Numbered from the stretch's first letter, positions 40,461 to 52,549 are shown. The stretch: DNA of 64,000 bases from Podarcis cretensis (GCA_951804945.1 OX638153.1:15810001-15874000), one strand, 5' to 3'. Program-made: numbers and translations. Notes: generated by a model not told the origin, from the letters alone.

Positions 40461-41847
40461 GGATGCCACCATAGATTAATGTCTTTTTAAGATGATATGA
40501 TACTATTTTATAGATGAGGAATGCATTTGCCAAGAGCCCCCTTCCCCCAATGATGTAGTTTTTTGTTCTTGCATATGTCTGAAAAAAATCTATTGGCTTC
40601 ACAATTCACTTATGAAAATACAATTTAATTTGGTACCTATTAAATGTGTATAAGGTGCTCTTTGGAGATTGGTTATTACACTCTGGCTGTCTGCAAATAT
40701 GGCTTTTCATTATGCTCTGACTGTCTGCAAATACAACATTTCATTAATCAGTGCATAATGTAATCAGCTTTTTTGCATTATAACAATTCAGTGACAGTTC
40801 TAAGGAACAGCAGAATTGGAAGCGCCCAACTTTCATGGTTCAGCTTCAGTTTGAATTAACACTGATGCATTCTCTTTGCCTCATTAAAGGTAAATTATGT
40901 TTAATTAGTTACTTACCATTATTTAGCTATACAATATGAGACATTGAGATTGGCAGTCAAATTGCCAGATGGCTAAACTTTAACTGCAGGTGACATCAAT
41001 TATTATTATTATTTTTAAAAACCCCAGTCTTCATGCTGTTTAGAGGTTTTTCATAAAAATGACTTTGGGCTTAGGTATGCTGTTACACAGACCCCCTGGG
41101 GTTCACAGGCTACCAATTGGGAACCACTGTCTTAGACTTTAATCATATTGTACTTGACAGGACTTACTTTTGAGTAGACATGCATAAGGGTGCCTGTGTC
41201 ACAGTTGTTTGAGGGGAGAGATGAATATGTTGAACACAAGAGGGGCCAGGTCAGAAGGACAGCAGACACAAATTAGATCATAGGCAAGCAGCAGTTCATA
41301 ACAACATGAAGGTGTTTATTGCCTCTTTTGAAGATGGAAGCACTGTTTAGGTGCAGAAAGGTGTCTTGTAGTTGAGTATTTTTTGTATTTTTTAATATAT
41401 TATATATGTATAGATACATGACCATTATTTAATGTTGCAGAGTATTAGGCATAAGCATAATAATGCTATATATATTTTTTGTGACTAAAACCTTGTCTTA
41501 AAACACATGGTTAAAGCAGTCATAGGGCATGAGAGAGGGGCTTAATTCGCTCAGGGAAAGTGGTCAGAGCTGGGGCATATGACTAATGTGGGTGGAGCTT
41601 CCTTGCAGCCTGCTGAGAAAGGGGAGCCCTTTAGTTCTCACACAGAGTGGAAACTAAGTGACTGTTGATTGCAGAGGAGTAAATCGCTAAGAACACTGGA
41701 ACTCATTGATGAAATAGACAATCACTGGAGCCAAAACTAGTTAATAACTGCCTAAATTACAAGATAGTCAAAAGCTTTGTATCTACCAAGTTTGTTGTGA
41801 TGCAATTTACTTTTTCCAGTTAGAAGATTCCTGAAAAAAAATAATTA

Positions 41848-42203
41848 CAGTGGTGCCTCGCAAGACGAAAAGAATCCATTCCGCGATTCTCTTCGTATAG
41901 CGGTTTTTTCGTCTTGCGAAGCAAGCCCATTGACAGCTTAGCGGATTAGCGCTATTAGCGGTTTAGCGGCTTTTAGCGATCAGCTGTTAAGCGGCTTATC
42001 AGCGGATCAGCTGATTAGCGGCTTAGGGCTTAGGAAAAGGGGGGGGGGGAGGGAAAAAACCCCGCAGGAACTCGCAAGACATTTTCGTCTTGCGAAGCAA
42101 GCCCATAGGGAAATTCGTTTTGCGAAGCGCCACCAAAACGGAAAACCCTTTCGTCTAGCGGGTTTTCCGTCTTGCGAGGCGTTCGTCTTGCGGGGCACCA
42201 CTG
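41848..42203 (-). mobile_element. Tc1-like MITE (family B)
   Basis: TA|CAGTGGTGCCTCGCAAGACGAA...TTCGTCTTGCGGGGCACCACTG|TA with internal TAGCGG repeats. Confidence 0.92.
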
Positions 42204-43131
42204 TAATAGTCCATAGAAATTAAGGAAAACAAAAAATAAAAGAAAAAGCATCTAGAAAAATTAACCTCTGTTGGGCTAAGAATACAAGTTTCCTCTTGGT
42301 AACAGCAGAAAAAAATTATTCCCAAAATGACTTAAGGAGAAGCCAAAAGCAAGGTCTCCTGTCTGTCTGTCAAGAAAACCAAGCCACCGTGCTTTCAGTA
42401 TCCCAGAAAGATGGTAGGAGTGGGACAGAGCGATTCATGGAGAGAAAACGATGTACACTAAAAATTGTTACAGTAGGATTTGGGGGGAACCAACTTTCTT
42501 TGTGTGTTTCTCTAATACGAAATCCTTCTTATTTTTAATCTCCAGCCAGACACTGGTTGTTCCCCTCCAGTTTCATCCCCTAAATAATTTCCTTCTCATT
42601 AAATCTTCATAAGGGACTTTTCCACCATATGTAGTGCCATCTGTGGAAAAACTCACTAGCCTCAGATGAAAGGCACCCAGTGAGCGCAATGTTCCAGAAT
42701 CAAAGAGATACTTAAAAACCAAAGCTCACCTCATTTCTCAGATGGAGACCTGTCATTCATTGCAGAGGCAATTTAAGCTGCTACAAAAAACCATTCACAC
42801 CTAGAAGTGTGAATCAAATTGAAAACAAAGAATTAACCTGCAGTCTACTATTTTCTTAGCCCAATTTTGTTTGCTTCTCAAAGCCTCATTCCAGTTAACC
42901 AAAAACTATGTGATGTTCCAGCCCAGACAGGACAGCTTCCAAGATGCAAAGCCTATCCTTTTTTCTTGTTTTTAATTAATTCAAGGAGCAACCAGGATTC
43001 TCTTGACTAGCAGTCAGATACCCATAATACGTAATATTGTGAAGATGCCCATCTTCAAAGGAAGATAAAGGGCCCATCACTATGTGTATCTCAAAAGCCT
43101 CTATGATGGTAATAAGAATGACCCCTTAAAT

Positions 43132-43338
43132 CAGAGCTTTCCAAACTCTTATGTTGTAACACGTTAACGTGTTGGCTATAGTGTGTAGGTGTGTTGCACG
43201 AATACACCCTGCACTCCTCCCAGGGCTGGAAAGGGGTTAGTTTAGCCTCTGGTCTGCTAGTAAAATTGTGTCACCATGTCCCAAAATGATGCATGTTAAA
43301 AAAGTGTGTCACCAACATGAAAAGTTTGGAAAGCTCTG
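43132..43338. mobile_element. hAT MITE with a perfect 8-bp TSD
   Basis: TSD CCTTAAAT on both sides; 16-bp TIR CAGAGCTTTCCAAACT. Confidence 0.92.
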
Positions 43339-43399
43339 CCTTAAATCCTTCATCCTCATTGTCCAGCGCCCCAGAACCCAGAAAATAAGTCCCAAAGGG

Positions 43400-43615
43400 A
43401 GCAAACCCAACAGATAACTTGCTCAATGGCTTCAAAAGCCACAGAGAGAACAAAGGGAACAAACAGGGTCATACTCCTCCTGTCTTTTTTTTGATGCACG
43501 TCCTCAATAAAAGTGACCAAAGCTGTTTCAGTGCCAAAACCAAGCCTGAAGCTAGTTTGAAATAGTTCTAGATAATTGGCTTCCTCCAAACATACTTGAA
43601 GCTGAATGGGCACCT
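43400..43615 (-). mobile_element. L2 RT fragment
   Basis: FQTSFRLGFGTETALV...LSVAFEAI, similar to QSGFRPGHSTETAL...LDLSAAFDTI. Confidence 0.75.
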
Positions 43616-43840
43616 TGTAAAAAAGTCACTTAAGGCATGTCTGGTGCTTGTGTGTGGCTGTAAATTAGAGCTAGAAAATAAAAATAACTGGAAGCAGGAA
43701 TAATTTTGAATTACTACATCCAGACATATATGTGCATAGCTACAAATAAAAAGTCCTACGTAATACTAACTGGCAAGTATTTTTCTCTCTCTCTATGGTA
43801 GAGAAAAGAGTAGAAATACAATGAAAATGCACATAAGATA

Positions 43841-44177
43841 CAGTGGTGCCCCGCAAGACGAACGCCTCGCAAAACGGAAAACCCGCTAGACGAAAGGGTT
43901 TTCCGTTTTGGACGTGCTTCGCAAAACGAATTTCCCTATGGGCTTGCTTCGCAAGACGAAAATGTCTTGCAAGTTCCTGCGGGGTTTTTTTTTCCTTTCC
44001 CCCCCTTTTTCTAAGCCGCTAAGCCGCTTATCAGTGATCCGATAAGCCGATAAAGCCGCTAAGCCGCTAATAGCGCTAATCCGCTAATCCGTCAATGGGC
44101 TTGCTTCGCAAGACGAAAAAACCGCTAGACGAAGAGAATCGCGGAACGGATTCTTTTCGTCTTGCGAGGCACCACTG
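43841..44177 (+). mobile_element. Tc1-like MITE (family B), inverted relative to 41848
   Basis: TA|CAGTGGTGCCCCGCAAGACG...GCGAGGCACCACTG|TA. Confidence 0.92.
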
Positions 44178-44790
44178 TACATTTTTTAAAGCTCACCATA
44201 GTAGTAGTTGAACACTCAAGGATTACTGAAATGTATGTGCTTTGAAGCCTCAAAGTATACATTAAGGATATACAGTATGTTAAGGAGTTTAACAATAACG
44301 AGTAGAGTGTTTTGAAAACAGAAGTATGGTACCAATATTTTTATTGTCAACACCAAATTAAATATGTATTAACAATTTCTGATAAAAATGTGGATTCAGC
44401 AATGTGTCTCTTATGTGAATTGCAACTAAAGTGTTGCCGACCCCAGGTCCCGGGAGCCATTTGGCTCCTAGCTATTTTCCCCCAGTTTCTAATGCTGCTT
44501 CTACACAGAGAAGACCCATTGAAATGAATGGACATGACTGACTTGGGTTCATTCATTTAAACAGGTCTACTCTGAGTAGTACTAGTAAGGAATATAACTT
44601 TTTTATTTGTTATTTTATTTGTTAACATTTGTTAGACACCAAATAATTGAGGTTCTCTGGGCAGTCTTGTAATAGCAGCTGCCTCTCTTTCTGTCCATGA
44701 GAGAGAAGACATGAATTCTGAAAGTAGCCAGTACTGATGAAATAGTACTTGGAGAAGATGTCATAGAGCTTTAGGTGATCTGGAACATAA

Positions 44791-45078
<288 letters not shown>

Positions 45079-45092
45079 TAGTTTCTCCATGA

Positions 45093-45236
<144 letters not shown>

Positions 45237-46526
45237 TGAAAATGCTTTCAGTGTATATGGCTTGATTGTATGTATGTATGTTTTTGTACATTCCATGTAG
45301 ATCTTGATTTTCAGTTCAATATTATGAATTGATTCAGTGAATTATTTATGTATAAGCTATTCATTCTTGGATACATTGATGTGTTTGTGATGGAGCATTC
45401 TGAAATAGCCCCTCTTTTTTCTATGTGTTCTTTATAGCTTCCATAATACAGTACATTTGAATTGTAAGAGGGCTGTTCAGGTTCTTTTTTGTTGTTCGTG
45501 TCTTTTTGTAGCAGCTTCTGTAGCTGGAGAGCTAAGGATTTGTCACAGTATAAATTTGTGGCAGAGCATGGAGCATCAGCTCAGATTTCCCTCATCTAAG
45601 TTTAATTTTCTACCAAATTACCTTTCAAATAATAGGACTTGGCATTCCTTTTTGCAATTTTTAAGAAGTCCGTAAATATAGCTCACCTTCTTTATCACAT
45701 GAATGCAAGAAAATGTGCTCACATTGTTACCTGTAATGTTAAAATGGAAGGTGATAGTAACCTGTCAATATTGTCGGCTGATCAAAATGTGGTTCTTATT
45801 ATTGTTGTTTATAGTTCAAGCCACTAAAAGCTTTTGGTACTGATAATGCTGGTTACAGCATTCTGATTCAGGCAATCAGTTTATTGTTATTGCAAGGAAA
45901 TGATCTTTTGTATCCTCAAAGTCACCTGTATTCTATTCTAATACTTAGAATATTTAATTTAAAGCTTTTAAAAGTTAAAAGTAGCCTTAAAATACCAGCT
46001 TGCCTTCTCCACTTCAGCATGCTAGCAAAATAGACAAGTTGCAGTCTTGCTGTTTTGTAGGCCAGCAGTCCCAGTGACTTTAATTTACCATCTCTCAACC
46101 TTAGAAATAATAGCCATTCCTAAAAGTCATAGGACATCAGTTGTGCCTAGACTAGATGTTGCCAGGACCTGAGTCACAGTTGCAAAATCTTTTTTTTGTG
46201 GCCCATGGACAGTCATACAGATGGGTTCTACAACTGCACTGTGCTATTGGAATATTTGTACCCTACCTACCAACAAGAGTTCTTGGCATGGCTTACAATA
46301 TATTTAAAATACAATAAAAATTGACAATTAAGGTGTTGAAATTCTTCAGTAGGTGCGTGACTTCATGTTTCTGGTAACAGACCCAAGAGTCTACAAACCT
46401 CCTTCCTATCGTTGGATGTTCCATCATCACTCTGTTGTTCATTGGGAAATTTCTAGAATTAATGGCTGGGACCTGATGCTCATGCACTTTCACCTGAACA
46501 AAATCTTTTTTTAATCATTAATGTAG

Positions 46527-46659
46527 GGATGTGGATTTGCCAGGTCTGCAGACCAAAGAAAAAAGGAAGGAAGTTACTTCAAGAGAGAGCATCACAGATA
46601 AGGCGGCGATACACAAAACCTATTGGGCGACCAAAAAATAAACTAAAGCAACGAATGTT
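46527..46659 (+). CDS. KAT6B: KAT6B exon 7 (PHD2 end and basic region), 133 nt
   Basis: tgtag|GG; [43 protein letters not shown]; TT|gtaagt (phase 2). Confidence 0.97.
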
Positions 46660-46787
46660 GTAAGTGTTTTTGGGTTTGGCTTGTCTTCTACATTTGGGTG
46701 GTGTTGCACTTAACAGGCAGATTCTTATGATGAGCAATAGTTTCACTGCTGGGTTGTTCCAAGTTTGTACATCTTCCTGCTACTAAA

Positions 46788-47062
46788 CCTCTGGTGGTTC
46801 CCTCACTTCAAGAAGTGAGGTTACAGGGAACCAGGCAGAGGGCCTTCTTGGTGGTGGCACCTGCCCTGTGGAACGCCCTCTCAGATGTCAAGGAAATAAA
46901 CAACTATCTGGCTTTTAGAAGACATCTGAAGGCAGCCCTGTTTAGGGAAGTTTTTAATGTTTGATGTTTTATTCTGTTTAATATTCTGTTGGGAGCTGCC
47001 TAGATTGGCTGAACCAGATGGGCAGAGTATAATAACAATAACAATTATTTATTTATTTATTT
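46788..47062 (+). mobile_element. L2-type LINE 3' end
   Basis: RAFLVVAPALWNAL C-terminal motif, CTGAAGGCAGCCCTGTTTAGG and an (ATTT)n tail. Confidence 0.85.
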
Positions 47063-49213
47063 AGTACCTGGTTTTAACCTAAATAGAAAGATACAGATGT
47101 TTCAGTTCATGCTTCTTTTTTAAGTGCATTAAAGCACTTCTGGATGATGGAGTTAAGGCAACAGAGTTCTCATATTAATTGACAGAGCCATATAAATAAC
47201 CAGTCAGGTGGCAGTGGCAGCTGCTGTGGCCTCTGCTCTGGCCCTTGCCACTGGCTGCCATTTAGTAGCAAAAGTTGTGGAACCTGTGTGTGCTCCTATT
47301 GCATGGGAATGTTTGTTATTTGATTGATCACTTGATGGCAGCAGATGAGCAGACACGTGCAAAATTACCTAGTGGTTTGTCAGTTTTTGTGTTGAACATT
47401 CGGTCATCATGTTATGAGACAACTGAATTATGCTATTTGAATTGTTGGAACAGTGAAGGTCAGCAGTTGCCGTAGTTGATGATACAGAGTTGCAGAAATA
47501 ACTTACTGCTGTCTTCTTTAGAAATAAGAGTAGATCTGTTACCCTTCATCTTTTATGAAACTGTAAAACATTGGGAAGATGACGTGGTACCAATATGATG
47601 GTGCAAATTAATATTGAACCTCTAGAGTGTCAATTCATAGCTTGTTGAATCCATTCCAGAATGAATTCTGCTGTGGGATGTGTGAGTGGGTGTTTAAAGG
47701 TGTATGTCATTTTGCTTAATGAAATGTACCTAACTAAATGACACAAATATTGTACATTGCTGAATCATTATGTGCTTCATCATAAAAGAGTTGACAGTGC
47801 AGTGGCACTGCTTAATGGACCTTTATTGTGGCATTGAACAGCAATGTGAAATCATATAGCACCAGGAGCTTGTTAACCTCTGTAGGCAGATGGTTATTAG
47901 CATATATGGCACCAAGTGATAGGCTTTATGGTAACAGAGCTGAACTTCTGGCATTGAAATATTCAAACAACATGTGGGCAAGGCTTAGAAGATTTTAACT
48001 GGATTGTGACTGTTAACTGCTAGCCATTCTCAGTAATGGGTTGGAGTGGGGAATGCATTCGGGGCCAAATGGAGGGTTGGCTGGCTATTGGAGATCAGCA
48101 AACCAGATGGTTGCCCCAGGCTGCTCCCTCTCTAATCTGTTTATATTCATTACTTCAGTTTCACCACTATCAAAACAAAATATATAATGCTTAACAATAA
48201 GATGATGGAAATGAGAAGAAAATACAATTGATGTGAAATAATTATGCAGCCTTGTGTGGGTTTCAGTTTGATAAACTTTCCTGGTTGCTTGCATTTATCA
48301 CAAATATAAGAGATTTGGTTTGGCATCTCTTGACTGTTCCTCAGCATTATCTTTACGTTTCTGCATTCGCCTTTAGCTAAATCAGCACTTCCTTAATCAA
48401 GCTAGATGCACTTTCCCAGTAAAACTCAGTACTGCTTCTCGTTATCTTTCATGTCAAGCCTTTCCCAGTTCTTGCTTTCCTTTTATCATGTTTTATTTAT
48501 ACCTTCTGCATGGTTCTTAGTTGGACTTGCGCTTTTTTTCTTAACTAAAATAACACGTCAGTGCTTGTGTAGGTTGTCGTTAATGCTGCGCAGAAATGCA
48601 TCTTTCTTTAAGAATTCCATTACTTTAAGTGTATTTTTTAAATTAATATGAATGTAGCCCTTTTGTAATGAAGCATGCCCACAAAAGCCTATTATACCGG
48701 ATTTAGGGTGTTATCTTCCTCCGCATTATTGGAATGTCATTTTTACAGTTGCTGACTTTGAAGCAGTCAAGTATCTTGAAGCTTTTGTAGCATAAGGCTT
48801 GGATCTCCTGGGATCATGTTATAGTTGTAACAGCCTTCAAAAGGCAGAAGCTTTACTGTTGTAATGCAGTGCAGCATATAGTCAAGGAGACCATTGAAAT
48901 TAGTGAGGCTAGAGTCCATTAACTGTATATTGAGCCTAAGGAATGCATATTCCCTTTCTGTAGGGATTTCTTTGACCAAAACCTGAAACACACTTTGACC
49001 CATTTAGACCCTGTCTTAACAGGACAGCTGCATTTTGGAAATGTTCTACTGCATGGTCATCTGTGCAGTGTCACATATCGGTTCTACAATCTGTGCAAAA
49101 ATATTCAGGAATATTTAATCTAGAAACTCATGCACTTTTGCTCACAGAAGATTTTGGCTATCTGCAAATGCCTTGAAGGGAGGGATGAATAACCGAAACC
49201 AAATGCAGTATCT

Positions 49214-49354
49214 AGTGCTTTTTTCAGGGGGTACGCATGCCCTTAAACATTTTGTGAATTTAAGTTTGGCCTCACTGAGGGGCAGTATTTCAATATGAGT
49301 AGGAAAATGAGAGTACACCTAAACATATTTTTTTTTAAAGGGAAAAAAAGCACT
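49214..49354. mobile_element. Small MITE
   Basis: TIR AGTGCTTTTTT/AAAAAAGCACT. Confidence 0.6.
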
Positions 49355-49440
49355 TCAGTGAGCTTTCTCTCTCTGGAGTTTTTGTTTTCTGCAAGGTTTA
49401 GCCATTTCTGTTGTACCTCCCCGCTTTTCCTCTTTTACAG

Positions 49441-49753
49441 CTTTATGTGAATACTTTTGTAAAGGTCCCACTGTAGTTCACGTAGCTGACAATAAATAGC
49501 CACATCAACTGCAGCGTGACAAGAGTATGGCGGGCAGGCAAGGAAGCAAGTGTTGCAAATGGTGAGCAGCCCAGGCAAGCTGCTGAGGAAGAAGCAACAT
49601 TGAATGGGACGAGGGAGCCTCAGAGAGCGATTTGCCAAACTGTTCTCTGAAGCACTTTCCACCATCTTCCAATGACTTTTAAGGAGGGTGGGGATGCTTC
49701 GGGGAGTCATTTGTCTAAAACATCCCCATCCTCCATTAAATGATGGAGCCCAG
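49441..49753 (+). other. Candidate unannotated alternative exon in intron 7 (donors at 49561 or 49753)
   Basis: Long pyrimidine tract cctccccgcttttcctcttttacag|; donors ATG|GTGAGC and CAG|GTGAGC; downstream G-runs. Confidence 0.5.
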
Positions 49754-50676
49754 GTGAGCTGCTGAAGGAGTGACATTTAAAAGAGGTGCTTCAGAGAGTA
49801 GTTTGGACCCTCCTCCATTAAACATTTAATAAGCTGTGAGACAAGAGCTGTTTGGATGAGCTCTGGGAGAAGGGGATGGGGTTTTGGGGTGAGCTTTGGG
49901 GCAAGCTGTGGGGGAGGTGTTTGGTCAGGTGGTTGATGAGTGGCAAAATGGTGGGTGGTTAGCGAATGGAGCAAGTAAAAGTTGTGGTGGCAGCTCCTAG
50001 TTGTTCCATATAAGATTAGTGGAGCAACACCAGTTTCCTTGGCTGGAGCTTTAGAATGTTTCCAGCAACTGAACTCATGTGAGAGAGGGCTGTGATGAGT
50101 GACTATAATAGTTTGCCTTTACAGTTGTTAATCCTAAGGCTGACCAGTCTCTTTAACTGTAGTTAAAGAAGGAGAGGAGATGCGGGGGAGATGTGTATTT
50201 CTGTTTGAGCACAGTTGTTGCAACTGCACTGGTTAATTGCACTTATTATAGTTCTTATTTAATAGACAGAGTGCTTTACAGCCTTTGTGCTTCTTGTCCT
50301 CAGAATAACTCTGCGGAGCTGCTGATTATATTTACTGTTTTATGACAAATATTGAGAATGTGGCTTGCCCCAAAGCATCCAGTAAGTTGATGGCTTAGTT
50401 GGTGTGAATACAAGCCTTAGTTAAAGCTTTTAACCCCCAGACCACTCTGACAACCATCTTTTAGTCTTGCCACTATCATATAATTCTGATGGTTTTGAAC
50501 TAATATGTATATCTATCTATATTTGATGAGGCTTCACCAGCAGTATTTAGCTGTTAGGATGTTGTTTAGATTTTAAGCAAAGTAGCACGAGTAATTCATA
50601 TGCAGTGTTGCTATCGTTTATTTTTATGGTTTGTTAATGCTGACTGCTTCTTAAAATTTTCCATATTTTTTGCTAG

Positions 50677-51608
50677 GTCTNNNNNNNNNNNNNNNNNNNN
50701 NNNNNNNNNNNNNNNNNNNNNNNNNNNNNNNNNNNNNNNNNNNNNNNNNNNNNNNNNNNNNNNNNNNNNNNNNNNNNNNNNNNNNNNNNNNNNNNNNNNN
50801 NNNNNNNNNNNNNNNNNNNNNNNNNNNNNNNNNNNNGGTGCCACCGCCACCAAAATCACCACCACCACCTCCACCTACATACCTGCCTCTACACTTAACG
50901 TTAACAAGAAAACCAAAGGGCTTATTGATGGCCTTACTAAGTTTTTTACACCGTCACCCGATGGTCGCAGATCACGAGGTGAAATAATAGACTTTTCAAA
51001 GCATTATCGTCCAAGGAAAATGACCTCTCAGAAACAATCATGTACTTCTCATGTGTTGGCTACAGGTACCACACAAAAGCTAAAACCTTCTTCACTTCCA
51101 CCCCCAACCCCCATCTCTGGTCAGAGCCCCAGTTCACAAAAATCCAGCAATTCCATCTCTTCTAACTCTCCCCAAAGCTCCTCCAGTCAGTCAAGCGTAC
51201 CCTCCTTTAGCAGCCTTCCTAATAACAGTCAGCTAAAGGGACTCTTTGATGGACTTTCTCATATTTATTCCACTCAGGGACACTCTCGAAAAAAGGGGCA
51301 CCCGAGTTATGCACCGCCCAAGCGTTTGCGTCGTAAAGCAGCATTTTCTTCCACATCCAAGTCTAAAACTGCTTTCTATGGAAAGAAAGAGATTAGAAGT
51401 AGGTTTATTTCTCATGCCTCCGCCTCGGGATGGGGTATGTCTAGAGGACGTGCTTTTAAAGCAATTGGTCACTTCAAGCAAACAACCTTCCTTAAAAAGC
51501 GCAGGATTCTAGGCAGATTAAAGTATAAAGTGACCCCTCAGATGGGGACCCCCTCACCAGGGAAGGGGAACTTGGCAGACGGAAGGATTAAACCTGATCA
51601 GGATGATG
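50677..51608 (+). CDS. KAT6B: KAT6B exon 8 (large alternatively spliced exon), 932 nt including 156 Ns
   Basis: gctag|GTCT; ...[25 protein letters not shown]...[12 protein letters not shown]...[10 protein letters not shown]; G|gtaagc. Internal in-frame donor ACAG|GTACCA at 51065/51066. Confidence 0.93.
50681..50836. other. Run of 156 N (assembly gap or masking) inside exon 8
   Basis: Seen directly in the sequence. Confidence 0.99.
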
Positions 51609-52549
51609 GTAAGCAACAGGTCAAAGCGCCAACCAAACCTGCGTCCCGTCCAAATCCAAATTCTTATTTTGTCACACAGGTCTCAGCTACTTCTTTTCTG
51701 ACTTCACTCTCATACAAAAGCAATGAACTTTGACCTTGTAACTAATGCTGACTAAATCTCCAAATTGTTTTTCCAACTAATGCTGTACCGCCTTGTTTGT
51801 CAGTTTTTGCATATGTAGTGGCACTAGCACCCCCCACCCCAATGTCTTCATAATGTTGCTTTTATGCCTTTTGTAGTAGCATATTGGTAGCCACTCCATG
51901 CTGTCCCTTGCCCTTTCTCTGGCCATAGTGCTGATGGCATTTATTAGGATGACCATTTCAACTCTTCATTTCCCTCTCCTCCATCGCTTTTCCATGACAC
52001 ATTCCATCTGCTACACAACACTGGATTTGTACTGCTGTGAAATTTACTCTTCCCAGTTTTTAAATAAATCTTTCCTTTTTTTCTTGAAGAAACAAAAGTC
52101 TGTATTCCTTGCCTTAGTTTCTTCTAATCTGTTTCAAATAGTTTTGCCTAAGATTGTTTTAGTGTTGAAAGCTTGTTTTCTTTTTCTTAGAGGTTCAGAT
52201 ATATGGTTAGGATATGCGAAATCTATGCTGCTGTCTCAGTTGTTTGATATAGTTTTGTATTCAAAATGTCTTTTTTTAATTGGGTAGGAGTAGAGTGTAA
52301 ATTCTAATTTAGGGCATGAAAGAAAATGCTGCTGTTTGTCCTGGCCGTGTTTATTTAAAATAAATCTGCAAATGTTTTAGTAGATACTATAATAATAAAG
52401 ATTTGCTACGTCAGCTGGAAAGATCAGTGGGAAGCAGGATTTTAAAGCATTAGTCGCTCAGAAAATGGACTGGGAGCTACATTTTGATTGCAAAAGGTGT
52501 TTGTTGCATCATGGTGGTGAATAAACTCTCTGCTGGTTTTAAACAACAG

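Noticed and set aside
49448-49462. Selenocysteine or readthrough at the TGA upstream of the stem-loop
   Set aside because: The frame closes again after three codons (ATA CTT TTG TAA), and I saw no SECIS core.
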